From contig NC_043004.1 in NCBI RefSeq assembly GCF_006345805.1, positions 96,224,001-96,288,000 on the forward strand: a stretch of DNA of 64,000 nucleotides, in the 5' to 3' direction. The stretch comes from Octopus sinensis. Taxonomy: Eukaryota. This document shows, one piece after another, positions 11,501-22,779 of this stretch (the stretch's first letter is position 1; the number at the start of each line of letters is the position of its first letter). Under the pieces are notes generated by a model. It did not search any database and was not told the DNA's origin. It saw nothing but the letters and a program-made list of their open reading frames with translations. A program made the translations under genes and the position numbers.

Positions 11501-13058
11501 ATATATATATATATGTATGTATAAATATATAAATTTATAGAAATAAGAATAAGATCATTAATTTAAATATTGATCTTATCAAGTGGCCAGCATGGGAATA
11601 AATACTTTCAAAGGTAATAATTATTATTAAAATAGTAATTTAGGGTATCTAAGAAATACCACCACACTGTATGAACATTTAATGTGGTTTTAGAGTCACG
11701 TTTTGGCTGCTATTTCCAGCATGGTGGTATCTCTTAGATACCCTAAATTATAAGATATATATATATACACACGCACACTAGGGTACTACATAAGCAACTA
11801 CTTTGCTAAAAATAGAAGTCAAAATACTTCTAAGTCACAGAGGAGTCACAAAATTAATACAAGCCTGATAGGAATCTTAATGAACAAGAATAGCTTCCTC
11901 CCTTTGCCAGGAGGGGGGATGCAAGAGGAATGCTGGGTAATTTGATAACACAATTTTTAATTTAGCACCATCATGATCCAAATATATTTTATTAATTTTC
12001 CTATACAGCTGTATGATCATGGCCACTAATATTATTTTTAGAAATATAATTGTTCTTATATTTATTTATAAATAATTTCACACAATTCGTTTTTTTTCAT
12101 TGGTATTTGACCACTCAAATAAATTTACACTCATGGTAGGGGTGAAGTCTAGTAACCAACTCTGGCAGATTGGCCTGAGCTGATACATAAGCATGTCTCC
12201 TTGAGTACTGAGCAAAAGAAATCATGAAATCATTGACATCATATCCTCATTCTTATTTCTACTTTTCATACTGACATAATCTGAGTCACTTCATATCAAA
12301 AGCTATTGACTTCATTGAGTGCCATTTGTATATTTTATTTCGGCCATATTTTAACCGCTTGATGCTCTTGGAAAGTAACAAAGAAAGGGACTGGTAAATA
12401 GACATACATAGTTATTTGATATAAATATTGTTACTGTGAAGAAAGAAAAGATTCCAATGCTTTGGGCTAAGTGCTCTTTATCAAGAAAGGGAAAGGAGGT
12501 TTGTATGTGTTGAGGATGAAACACTTCAAGAAACATTTCTAGAATACAATATGTAACATTTATTTTAAGTGACACATTTCCTCTTGGAATATTTTTAGCC
12601 AACTCAAACGCTCACTGTTTTTTTTTCCAAGTTATAATGTATTGTATACAACCTACATGTAGATAGAACAGAGACAACCAGACACAAAGTTAGTTTGACC
12701 ATTGCATACATTAATCACCGTGTATATCTGAATTATTTAAATCCTAAGTAATTTTAATTTCCTATACCAATAAATGTGCAATCGTGAACATTTGTTTAAT
12801 GATTGTTTAATCTATGTTTTACTGATGAGGTCAAAATAAGACATGAAATGATTAGGAATTGTCGTTTATATTTGTTTAAAAATAACGAATATGTTTCATT
12901 GTATTATAAAAACTATCCAGTGTAATTATTTCCAATGAGCTTTTCATGGTTCTCTACATTTATTAATCAACCCTAACTTAACTAATCAGACAGAAAGATT
13001 TATAAACATGAATATGCATAGAAAAAGTTAGTGTTAATATATTCAAAAATATATTTAT

Positions 13059-13490
13059 AGGTGTAGGAGTGGCTGTGTGGTAAGTAGCTTGCTTATGAAC
13101 TGCATGATTCCTGGTTCAGTCCCACTGCGTGGCACCTTGGGCAAGTGTCTTCTACTATTGCCTCGGGCCGACCAAAGCCTTGTGAGTGGATTTGGTAGAT
13201 GGAAGCTGAAAGAAGCCCATTGTATGTATGTATGTATGTATGTATGTATGTATGTATGTATGTATGTATGTGTGTATGTTTGTGTGTCTGTATTTGTCCC
13301 CCCAACATCACTTGATAATCGATGCTGGTGTGTTTATGTCCCTGTAACTTAGTGGTTTGGCAAAAGAGACTGATAGAATAAGTACTAGGCTTACAAAGAA
13401 TAAATCCTGGGGTCGATTTGCTCAACTAAAGGCAGTGCTCCAGCATGGCCACAGTCAAATAACTGAAACAAGTAAAAGAGTAAAAGAGTA
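13059..13490 (+). mobile_element. SINE-A, full length
   Basis: Head, CORE-like block, internal (TATG)n, (GTAAAAGA)2 tail. Confidence 0.92.
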
Positions 13491-13496
13491 GGCATT

Positions 13497-13698
13497 AGGG
13501 TGGTGAGCTGGCCCGTTGGCATGCCAGGCAAAATGCTTACTCATTTCCGAGTTCAAATTTCACCAAGGTCGACTTTGTCTTTTAACCTTCCATAGTCAAT
13601 AAAACACGTACTATTTGAGTGATGAGGTCGATGTAATCAATTTACCCCCCCCCCACATCCCTGGAACTGCTGGCCATGTGTTAAAATTTGAAATCGAT
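13497..13698 (+). mobile_element. SINE-C
   Basis: GGTGAGCTGG head, GAGTTCAAAT, GTCGACTTTG, tail AAAATTTGAAA. Confidence 0.75.
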
Positions 13699-13884
13699 AT
13701 ATTCAACGAGCATTAAAAGACAATTGAAAGTGATAAAATGATGAAGGAAAAACAGTATTAATCACAAATGATAATGTTTTGATTTAGTTTCTGTTTTAAT
13801 TGTTTCGGTCATTGGACTGTGTCAATAAGAAGGCACTAGCTGAATGGATTTATTCAAATGTATCTATCTCAGTAGTTTATGTTT

Positions 13885-13940
13885 ATGTTTTTATGTTTTC
13901 CACTTTCAGCTCTTGAGCTGTGGCCATGCTGGGGCACCGC
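13885..13940 (-). mobile_element. Isolated retroposon 3' tail (GTGCCCCAGCATGGCCACAG type)
   Basis: Tail motif shared with SINE-A; similar orphan tail at 60378-60440 with (ATCAAA)n. Confidence 0.6.
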
Positions 13941-13955
13941 CATTTTAATATAACG

Positions 13956-14005
13956 TTCCCATGCCGGGAATCGAACCCGGGCCGCCTGGGTGAAAGTCAG
14001 GAATC
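13956..14005 (-). pseudogene. 5'-truncated tRNA-Glu(TTC) pseudogene
   Basis: Minus strand GATTCCTGACTTTCACCCAGGCGGCCCGGGTTCGATTCCCGGCATGGGAA: anticodon arm with TTC, full T arm, acceptor 3' strand; D-arm 5' half missing, no CCA. Confidence 0.85.
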
Positions 14006-14166
14006 TATAAATCTGATACTTATTTCATTGATCACTATTTGTTATACTGCTAAGTAACAAGGCATGAATACAACCACCAATACTGCTTCTAGAGAGTATT
14101 AATATAAAGGCAATCAGAAACAAACAGACAGACAGACAGACACACATATACGCATGCACATACATA

Positions 14167-14403
14167 CGGCGAGCTGGCGGAAACGCTAGCACGTCGGGCA
14201 AAATGCTTAGCGATATTTTATCTGCCGCTATGCTCTGAGTTCAAATTCCGCCAAGGCCAACTTTGCCATTCATCCTTTTTTTAGGGGGGGGGGTCGATAA
14301 AATAAGTACCAGTTACGCACTGGGGTCGATATAATCGACTTAATCCGTTTGTCAGTTTTGTTTGTCCCCTCTGTGTGTAGCCCTTTATGGGCAGTAAATA
14401 AGA
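14167..14403 (+). mobile_element. SINE-C with alternative tail
   Basis: Head and central block shared; tail TAATCCGTTTGTC...GTAGCCCTTTATGGGCAGTAAA. Confidence 0.8.
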
Positions 14404-14449
14404 AACACATGCACATACATGCATACACACACACAGGTTGATTTTACCA

Positions 14450-14592
14450 AGGTCAGCTTTGCTGAGGTCGATTTTTGCCTTTTATTCTCTCAGGGTTAAT
14501 AAAATAAGTACCAGTTGTATGATGGGGTTGATGTAATCGACTTACCCCCTCCTCCAAACTTGCTGGCATTGTGCCAAAATTTGAAACCAATA
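14450..14592 (+). mobile_element. SINE-C 3' part
   Basis: AAAATAAGTACCAG...GTGCCAAAATTTGAAACCAAT. Confidence 0.75.
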
Positions 14593-15795
14593 TTGTCATC
14601 TTTGCTGCTGCCACTGCTTTCCCTCATCTGCATCACTCTCCGTCCAGTTCTCACGGAATAATGGCGAGAGGATTGATCGAGCCATGCTGTGATCTTCCGT
14701 TTGTTGGCCCCTTTACAAGCCAATAAAGGGAGTGAAACAGAGAAGAAAAATAGCACTTTTAATATTTGATTTGTAACCTTGAATGGTTGAAAGGCAAAGC
14801 TGCCATGAGCTGGATTTGAACTCTGTGCTCTGTGAGGTGGGAAAAATACCAAGAATACTCTGGTTTCCCCTCACTTTGAAAAGATAAATCTTTTGTCCTT
14901 TACTTTAATAAGAAATACTGTGAGGCATTCTTTCTGACGCTTTAATGACGCTGCTAATTAGCTGCCTTCTACGGAACATTAAAAAAGCCGACCAGAAATA
15001 ATTATGCAATTAGGAAGACACAATATTAGTCAATGACTAATATTATTTAAATTATTTCAATAAGTACAAGAGAAGAAAGGAAAAAGAGCATAAAAGACAC
15101 ATGGGAAAGAGCTGTGTGAGTTTTTGAGAGGAAAGGAAATTGAGAGAAATAATGGGTTATATTGAAATAACAGAAATGGTAGAGAATTGTGCCTGGACAG
15201 AAGAAATAATTATTATTGAAATGTGCAATGACCAACTAGCTGAAACACTGGTTTTATTGCCTGACCATGTGTTCTTATCCCACTTGCTTTAGGCTTTCTG
15301 TCTATTCAAGAAAGTTTTACTGCTAATGCCAATGTCATTACCACAACTATCGTCATTTTAATTATATTTTATATTATTCTAAATTATTGACTTCTAATTT
15401 AGACAGTGAATTGGTAAAGTCTTTGAAACATTGATAAGAAAAAAAGGAAAACGAAGCAAACTACCTTCTGGTATTTGTTTTTGGATCTCTGTGTTCTGAT
15501 TTCAAATCCTGCTGAGGCAAACATTGCCTTTCGTCTTTTTTATGGTTGTAGAGATAGGAATGACTGTGTGGTTAAGAAGAGTGCTTTGCCACCAGTTTGG
15601 GCCCACAATGCTTCAGCTTACACGAGGTTTTTTTTTATCCGTTGTAACACAGGATGACCAATGCTTTGTGAGTGAATTTAGTGAATGAAAATATGTGGAA
15701 GCTTAGTTTATATATATGTATATATCTGTATATATTTGCATGCATATATGTGTGTGTGTGTGTATGTATGTGGGTGTGTATGTGTATATATATGC

Positions 15796-15827
<32 letters not shown>

Positions 15828-15904
15828 AATATATATATATATATATGTAGGTCCCGGGTTGAGTCGAGGTTAACCACAGTAAATAAGGTACTCAATACAT
15901 AGCA

Positions 15905-15957
15905 GAGCTTCCTGAAGATTTCATCTGAATGAAACAGTTCTAGTCCTGTAGAAGCTC
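15905..15957 (+). ncRNA. Type I hammerhead ribozyme
   Basis: Stem I GAGCTTC/GAAGCTC, CTGAAGA 15912-15918, stem II U.U + TTC/GAA, GAA-A, stem III ACAG/CTGT, GUA site at 15950. Confidence 0.8.
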
Positions 15958-16086
15958 CTTCTATAAAATAATATATATATATATAATTAATCAATATAGG
16001 GTGGAAAAAAATTTCGTAGAATTTATTTGCCACCAGCGGCCTAGTGGGAAAAAATTAAATAGTCATAGACCATTTATAAGTTCAAC

Positions 16087-16517
16087 ATCACAATCAAGGA
16101 ATGGCCATAATAGGCCATTCACCCACTAGAAATAACAGCCAAAGCTTCAACCGCAAAATAACATTAATTCCGCAAACCAGGAGAAAATTAAAAAAACATT
16201 TACCGCGAGTGCGATGATTTGAAAATTTTAGGTCAGATATTGCCGAGGCAGGGACAGAGGTGCCTCGTGATAATATCTGCTCGGATCTGGCTGTTTCTTA
16301 CTGACGAATCTATCGGCCTATGGAAGATTGGCTTGATTTAATTTAATCAGGTTGGTTTACCATTAAACAATAGATGAAACGGTGCATCGTATAAGAAATT
16401 ACAGGGTAAATGTTTTTTTAATTTTCTCCTGGTTTGCGGAATTAATGTTATTTTGCGGTTGAAGCTTTGGCTGTTATTTCTAGTGGGTGAATGGCCTATT
16501 ATGGCCATTCCTTGATT

Positions 16518-16522
<5 letters not shown>
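16087..16522. mobile_element. Young foldback element with perfect 118-bp inverted arms
   Basis: 16087-16204 is the exact reverse complement of 16405-16522; 200-bp structured spacer. Confidence 0.92.
16291..16404 (+). ncRNA. Type I hammerhead ribozyme with 56-nt stem II insertion
   Basis: Stem I TTTCTTA/TAAGAAA (plus CTG/CAG after a bulge), CTGACGA 16301-16307, ATCTAT/ATAGAT, GAAA 16376-16379, ACGGTGCATCGT, GUA site at 16391. Confidence 0.88.
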
Positions 16523-16554
<32 letters not shown>

Positions 16555-16555
<1 letters not shown>

Positions 16556-18298
16556 CTTTGTTCTTTGATGTTCTTTTACTTGTTTCAGTATTTCACTCTG
16601 GCCATGCTGGAGTACCGCCTTTATTTGAGCAAATCGAACACAGGACTTATTCTTTGTAAGCCTAGTTCTTATTCTATCAGTCCCTTTGCTGAACTGCCAA
16701 GTTACGGGAATGTAAACACACCAGCATTGGTTGTCAAGCAATGTTGGTGGGAACAAACACAGACACACAAATATATACACACACACACACATATACAGGG
16801 GTTGAACAAAACAATGGAAGCATCTTCAAATTTCAAACAAATTTATTTTAACATGGGGTAGGACCATCTTTGGCAGTCATTACTGCTTGAATTCTATGAG
16901 GTATGGACTTGTACGAAGTCTGAATTGTTTCCAAAGGAATTTTTCTCCATTCGTCAGCTAAAACAGTCTCCAGTTCTTGTAGTGATGATGGTGGAGGATA
17001 TTGACTCCTTACTTGTTTTTCTAAAATGCATGATAAATGTTCAACGATATTAAGATCTGGGAACTCTGGTGGCCAGATAATATGTTCAACTTCACTAGAA
17101 TGTTCTTCATACCATTCAGTAACAACTTTAGCTATGCAAAGTGGTGCATTATCATCATGAAAGATTGCGTTTCCCTCTGGAAACAGTTCTGCAAACATAG
17201 GACGAATTTGATTAGATAAAATGCTTAAATAGTCTTGACTATTAATTCTGCCATGAAAGAAAACCATCGGGCTGGTGGATTTCCAAGATGTAGCCCACCC
17301 CTGATCATCACAGATCCTCCTCCATGTTTAACATTTGGAAGAACGCAGTCTGGGTCAAATGCTTCTTTTGGCTGTCTCCACATGTATACTCAGCAGCTGG
17401 TCGGAAATGAGGTGAAGGATGACTCATTCATGAAAATAACACTCTTTCACTGCACTAGGGACCAATTCTGTAGGTTTTTACTCCACTCTAAACACTTTGC
17501 AACGTTTGGTTTTGAAAGTAGTGATTTTCTGATTGCAGCCCTCCCGTAAAATCCGACTTGTGCAGCTCCTGTGGAAACTGGGTTCTTGAGGAGGTCATTA
17601 AGCTCTGCAGTAATTTTGGGAGCTGTACTTTTGTGATCCTTTCTAACAATTTGCATAAGAGTCTGATGATCCCTATCTGAAAGTTTTGGTTTTCTTCTGG
17701 AGTTTTGTTTTGACAAGAAGGTTTTTCCCTCTTTCTCAAAGGCTGTCATTACTTTCAAGACAGTACTTCTTGATACACCAAGCATTTTGGCTGTTTTCAT
17801 TACGCTAGCACCTGCCATATGAACACCAACAATCTGATCTGCTTGAAAGTCGATAAATCTGACATTTCAATGAATTTTAATTACTTTTTTCTGATGATAT
17901 CTAAAAAGAAACAGCAATTTTAGGAAAACATATTAAGCAACACTAATAATAGATCAAAAAACATAAACAAGCTTTATGACAGAATTATGATGTGATGATG
18001 CTAGGTGTTTCCATTATTTTGTCTAACCCCTGTATGTATATATGTATATTTATATATATATACATACACACACACACACACATATATATATATATTTATG
18101 TATACATATATGTGTGCGTGTGTGTATGTGTGTGTGTATACAACAGGCTTCTTTTATTTTCCTTCAACCAAATCCACTCACAAGGCTTTGGTCAGCCCGA
18201 GGCTATAGTAGAAGACACTTGCCCAAGGTGCCATGCAGTGGGACTGAACCTGGAACTATGTGGCTGGCAAGCAAGCTTCTTACCACACAGCCACTACA
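16555..18298 (-). mobile_element. SINE-A split by Tc1 copy 2
   Basis: 3' half ~16555-16790, 5' half ~18140-18298; the Tc1 sits in the internal (TA/CA)n tract. Confidence 0.85.
16796..18032 (-). mobile_element. Tc1-like transposon copy 2 (DD36E, defective), 1237 bp
   Basis: TA flanks at 16794-16795 and 18033-18034; TIRs; frameshifted transposase ~17865-16848 with HDDNAP...PDLNIVEHL. Confidence 0.95.
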
Positions 18299-18311
18299 TA
18301 TATATATATAT

Positions 18312-18636
18312 ATAGTTGAAATTTATAGAAGAACAAAAGACAAAGACAGGTGTATGAACAACAAGCAAGTGTACTCAAGAAAAATGAAAAAGTGTTTTAC
18401 ATTTCAAGCCGATGCTCCTCAACAGAAATGGAGAAGGGGTATGAAACAGAGAGAGAATGAAAAAGAACATGTAGATTCAGCAGTCCAGCATTTTTATTCT
18501 CTCTCTGTTGAATTCCTCTTATTCCTTTCTGTTGAAGAGCATAGGCTCAAAATGTAAAAGACTTTTTCATTTTTCCTGAGCATCAAACTAATACACTTGC
18601 CCTCGTCTTTTGTTTTTCTACAAATTTCAACTATAT
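18312..18636. mobile_element. Foldback element, ~150-bp arms, minimal HHR-like motif in each arm
   Basis: Arms ~18312-18470 and ~18492-18636; single-arm sibling at 27860-28015. Confidence 0.8.
18525..18560 (+). ncRNA. Degenerate minimal HHR-like motif, CTGTTGA core; mirror copy 18392-18430 on minus
   Basis: CTTT-CTGTTGA-A-GAGC/GCTC-(AAAA)-TGT-A-AAAG. Confidence 0.45.
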
Positions 18637-18819
18637 ATTATATGCTCACGTGATTACCCTAGTTTGATCCTGACTGAACATCCCACACTTTGGACTTGCA
18701 TATCTTAACCACTTCCTGAACTTGCAGCACCTTTCCTCATCCACATACCAGCATTCCACCTGGATTACCACTGGAACTACTTACTCGACCTTCACGGATT
18801 TCACTGGATTTTTTCGTTT

Positions 18820-18874
<55 letters not shown>

Positions 18875-18980
18875 TATATAGAATAATTATAATAATTATT
18901 TGAGGGAATATTATTCCTAACTTACAGGAAAAAATTCAATTTAGAAATACTAAATCAAATTTCACAAAATATTATATATA

Positions 18981-19022
<42 letters not shown>

Positions 19023-19026
<4 letters not shown>

Positions 19027-19276
19027 TAGAAAAAAAAACATCTTTTATCAATTCAAAATGAACAATTAAATTACACCATCTAGAAAATTACATATAATAG
19101 AAATATTAAAATTAAAATAGCACTAATATACTGAAGATTAAATAAATTGCACAAAAAATAATAAAAACGTATATATTTGGTATATTATTGTTATTTTAAT
19201 TCTAATATTTCAATTTTCTTGATGGTGTAATTTAATTGTTCATTTTGAATTGATAAAAGGTGTTTTTTTCTAATTT
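19023..19276. repeat. AT-rich foldback, ~100-bp arms
   Basis: TTTTATCAATTCAAAATGAACAATTAAATTACACCATC is inverted as GATGGTGTAATTTAATTGTTCATTTTGAATTGATAAAA. Confidence 0.8.
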
Positions 19277-19552
19277 ATATATATATATATATACCTCTGG
19301 GTGTGTGTTTCTTTTTGTCTGTGTTAGTTCACCTCTACCACATGACAACTGGTGTTGATTTGTTCAATGAAAACCCACTCAATGTGGTGTCCAGCATAGC
19401 CACAGTCCAGTGATTGAAACAAGTAGAAATAGAAGATGAATAAATTACTACTCCAAGGTAATGAATCAACAACATTGTAAAAGCGTCAGATGAAATGCCT
19501 TAAAGTATGAATTTCAGCTCTGTCGTCTTTTTTGTGCTCAAATCCTGTCTCA

Positions 19553-19877
19553 TTATCATCATCATCATCATCATCGTTTAACGTCTGCTTTCCATGCTAG
19601 CATGGGTTGGACGGTTCAACTGGGGTCTTGAAAGCCAGGAGGCTGCACCAGGCCCAGTTTGATCTGGCAGTGTTTCTACAGTTGGATTCCCTTCCTAACA
19701 CCAACCACTCAGTGAGTGTAGTGGGTGCTTTTTACGTGCCAGGTGAGGCTGGCAATGGCCACGATCGGTTGGTGCTTTTTACGTGGCACCGGTCGAGGCA
19801 GCGCTGGCAACAGCCACATTCAGATGGTTCTCTTACGTGCCACCGGCACTGGTATCACAACTACAATTTCCATTGAT
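19553..19877 (-). mobile_element. Family B retroposon
   Basis: (CAT)n tail, conserved body, internal tandem units; same 5' limit as the 4813 copy. Confidence 0.85.
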
Positions 19878-20027
19878 TTTTGATCCTAAAAATTGCGTTA
19901 CCAACCCCAAAAGCCAAGCTTAACAATGCAAGCACCAAATTGATAGTGCTGGGTGGGAACCAAAAGAGGAATTCCTGTAATTGGTGTGATATATATATAC
20001 ACAGGTAGAAATTTAAATATTTGGCTT

Positions 20028-20224
20028 AGGTGGTGAGCTGGCAGAATTGTTAGTACAACAGTCATCTGAATTTATGTTCTGAGTTCAAACTCTGCCAAGG
20101 TTGATTTTTGCCTTTCATCCTTTCAGGGTTGATAGAATAAGTACCAGTTGAGCATTGGGGTCGATTTAATTGATTTACCCCTCCTAGAAAACTGCTGGAC
20201 TTGTGCCAAAATTTGAAACCAATT
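20028..20224 (+). mobile_element. SINE-C
   Basis: GGTGAGCTGGCAGAATTGTTAG...GAGTTCAAAC...AAAATTTGAAACCAAT. Confidence 0.8.
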
Positions 20225-20598
20225 TAGACAATTTGTTACAGATTTTGTACTTGCCTAATGTATATTTTATTATCCCATCCAGAAAGAGAAAAGACAAAGC
20301 CATTGTCTTCAGCATTCATATTCAGAATGTATAAAAAGAGGAATAAATACTGTTCACCATTTTGTCAGATGTTTTACTGATTTTACCATTCCACAAACAT
20401 AAGACATTCCAAGAGTTTAAATACCTTATTTCTCAATAGAAAAACCAGGCATTGGGACAATAAGTGTATCTAATTAATTTGATGACTCATTTCCTAATTA
20501 AATTAAAACTTTGAATTAAGATTCTGTTGATAATAATTTCTGTATGTGTGTGTATACATACACATGTGTATATATGTGGGCACTCACACTTAATTCAC

Positions 20599-20633
<35 letters not shown>

Positions 20634-21357
20634 GATACACATTTGTATATTCATACATATCTATGTATGTGTTTGAAATGTGAGTGTATATACATGTGTG
20701 TGTGTGTGTGTGTGTTCATGTGTGTTTAATACATACACGTGAAATTCTATTACACTGAAAACCATTATTATGAATTTTTCAGTTTAATGAAATTTTTCCA
20801 ATTCACAGGTTCGTTATAACCAGCCTGTTAAAACAAAGCATATGAATTTCACCATAATAAAATTCATTATAAAAAATGAAATAAAATAATATTCCTAACA
20901 TTCAAACATTTTTTGCTTCAACAAAGGAAAAAAAATCCTAAAATTTCAACCCTATTCCTCCTTGCACAAATGCTATCTTACCAATGTATTGACAGCCGAA
21001 GCAACACAAAAATGCATTCAAAACTCCACACCTTTATTCAAGTGGTAATTTGAATATCACATACACATATTAATTCAAGCATCAACATGCCAACATAATG
21101 GACACATAATTTATAACTTAGTTATTCTTTAAAGCCTTAGTAAAGTTCTTAAACTGTACTAAAAGGACTAATTAAGTGCAGTATTTTCAAAGGCAAAGTT
21201 TCAATATCATCTTTATTAATATTCTTCATATTCAATGTTCTATTTGCATTATTATTCCATTCTAGCACATACTGATTTACGAGACTAAAAAATATATTGT
21301 TGTGAACCCTTTTGTTACTGTATTTCTTTTCAGATACTTTGCACTTCTTTCAAATAA

Positions 21358-21649
21358 TCTTTATATATAAAATTGAAGTTGTGTGTGTGACACTCTCTCT
21401 CCTCCAATTTAGATTCCTAACGACTCCCACATTTTGCGGTGCAGTTTAACCAAAAGTGGGTATCTTATAGTCGTCATTCCGGGTATTAGCGCACGTCTAC
21501 GATGAGTCTACGATTAAAAAATAATTTACCATCATTTTTCTGCATTTTTAATGATTTTCGCTCGGGTTATATAAGGGAAGTAACTCTCTAAAAATGCTTA
21601 TATAGTTATTTCCCTTACAAACTCGAGCAACGCCGGGCGATACTGCTAG
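21358..21649 (+). mobile_element. Non-autonomous Helitron H1 (short form, 292 bp)
   Basis: A|TC 5' end, hairpin CTCGAGCAACGCCGGG, CTAG|T 3' end. Confidence 0.85.
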
Positions 21650-21822
21650 TTTTAAATATAACAAAGAATTTAGTAAAATAACTTAGTTATCATTAAGCTA
21701 GTGTTAGGAACATAAACTGTGACTGAGGTTTGATGGACGATTTTTATTCAAAACTTATGAAAACAAGATATTTGTACAACAGAGCCAGGTAGTTTCAGGT
21801 GGTGTGGTATCAAAAGGGTTAA

Positions 21823-22042
21823 TGGTGTGGCTGTGTGGTAAGTAGCTTTGCTTACCAACCACATGGTTCCGGGTTCAGTCCCACTGCGTGGCACCTTGGG
21901 CAAGTGTCTTCTACTATAGCCTCTGGCTGACCAAAGCCTTGTGAGTGGATTTGGTAGACAGAAACTGAAAGAAGCTTACAAAGAATACTAAAGGCGGTGC
22001 TCCAGCATGGCCACAGTCAAATGACTGAAACAAGTAAAAGAA
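21823..22042 (+). mobile_element. SINE-A with internal deletion
   Basis: Head and tail present; middle microsatellite block absent. Confidence 0.8.
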
Positions 22043-22530
22043 AGTTACAAATATTTAAAGAAAATTTTCCATTGACTAATTACCCGTGAACTTTTATCCC
22101 ATTCATACTTGCATATTTCTTGTACATATGCACAAAAACAACTTAAACAAATAAACAAAGTTGGCTGCTTTGACTGCTTTTGTTTTTGTTTTGTAAAATT
22201 TCTATTTTTGATAGTAAAGTAAAAGATGAGTAGTGAGTTCTCAATTCTCTAAGAGATACCAGTAATAACAATATTAAGCAGTAATGCTTGTTGCCACTTT
22301 TGTATAGCTGTTCCATGCAGAACAATGTTACTGAGGATTGGTAGGCACCCATAAACCAGTCTGGTCTACAGGTCTTACTATACTGGAGGGGAGTAGTTTG
22401 TCCCCTTACTTGCAACACAGAGGTTGTGTGTTGTTAACCAGCTGGAAAAGATGTTTGCCTGGGGTTAAAATCTAGTGACATAGTTCTGTATGGGACAGCC
22501 AGGCTGATGTGGCAACAAGCATTTTGTTTA

Positions 22531-22717
22531 TCATCATCATCATCCTCATCATCACCATCATCATCATCATCATCGTCGTCGTCGTCGTTGTCGTTTAATG
22601 TCCGCTTTCTATGCTAACATGGGTTGGATGATTTGACTAAGGACTGGCGAACCAGATGGTTGCACCAGGCTCCAATCTTGATCTGGCAGAGTTTCTACAG
22701 TTGGATGCCCTTCCTAA
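22531..22717 (-). mobile_element. Family B 3' fragment
   Basis: (CAT)n(CGT)n tail and conserved body. Confidence 0.8.
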
Positions 22718-22779
22718 GAGTTTCTTCCTGGATGCCTTGGTAAATCTGAAAGTCTTTGATACTGAGGTTAAAAGAAAAA

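Noticed and set aside
14600-14760. GC-richer unique segment as an exon
   Set aside because: The overlapping ORF runs into a SINE-C on one side and shows no domain; not supportable without RNA data.
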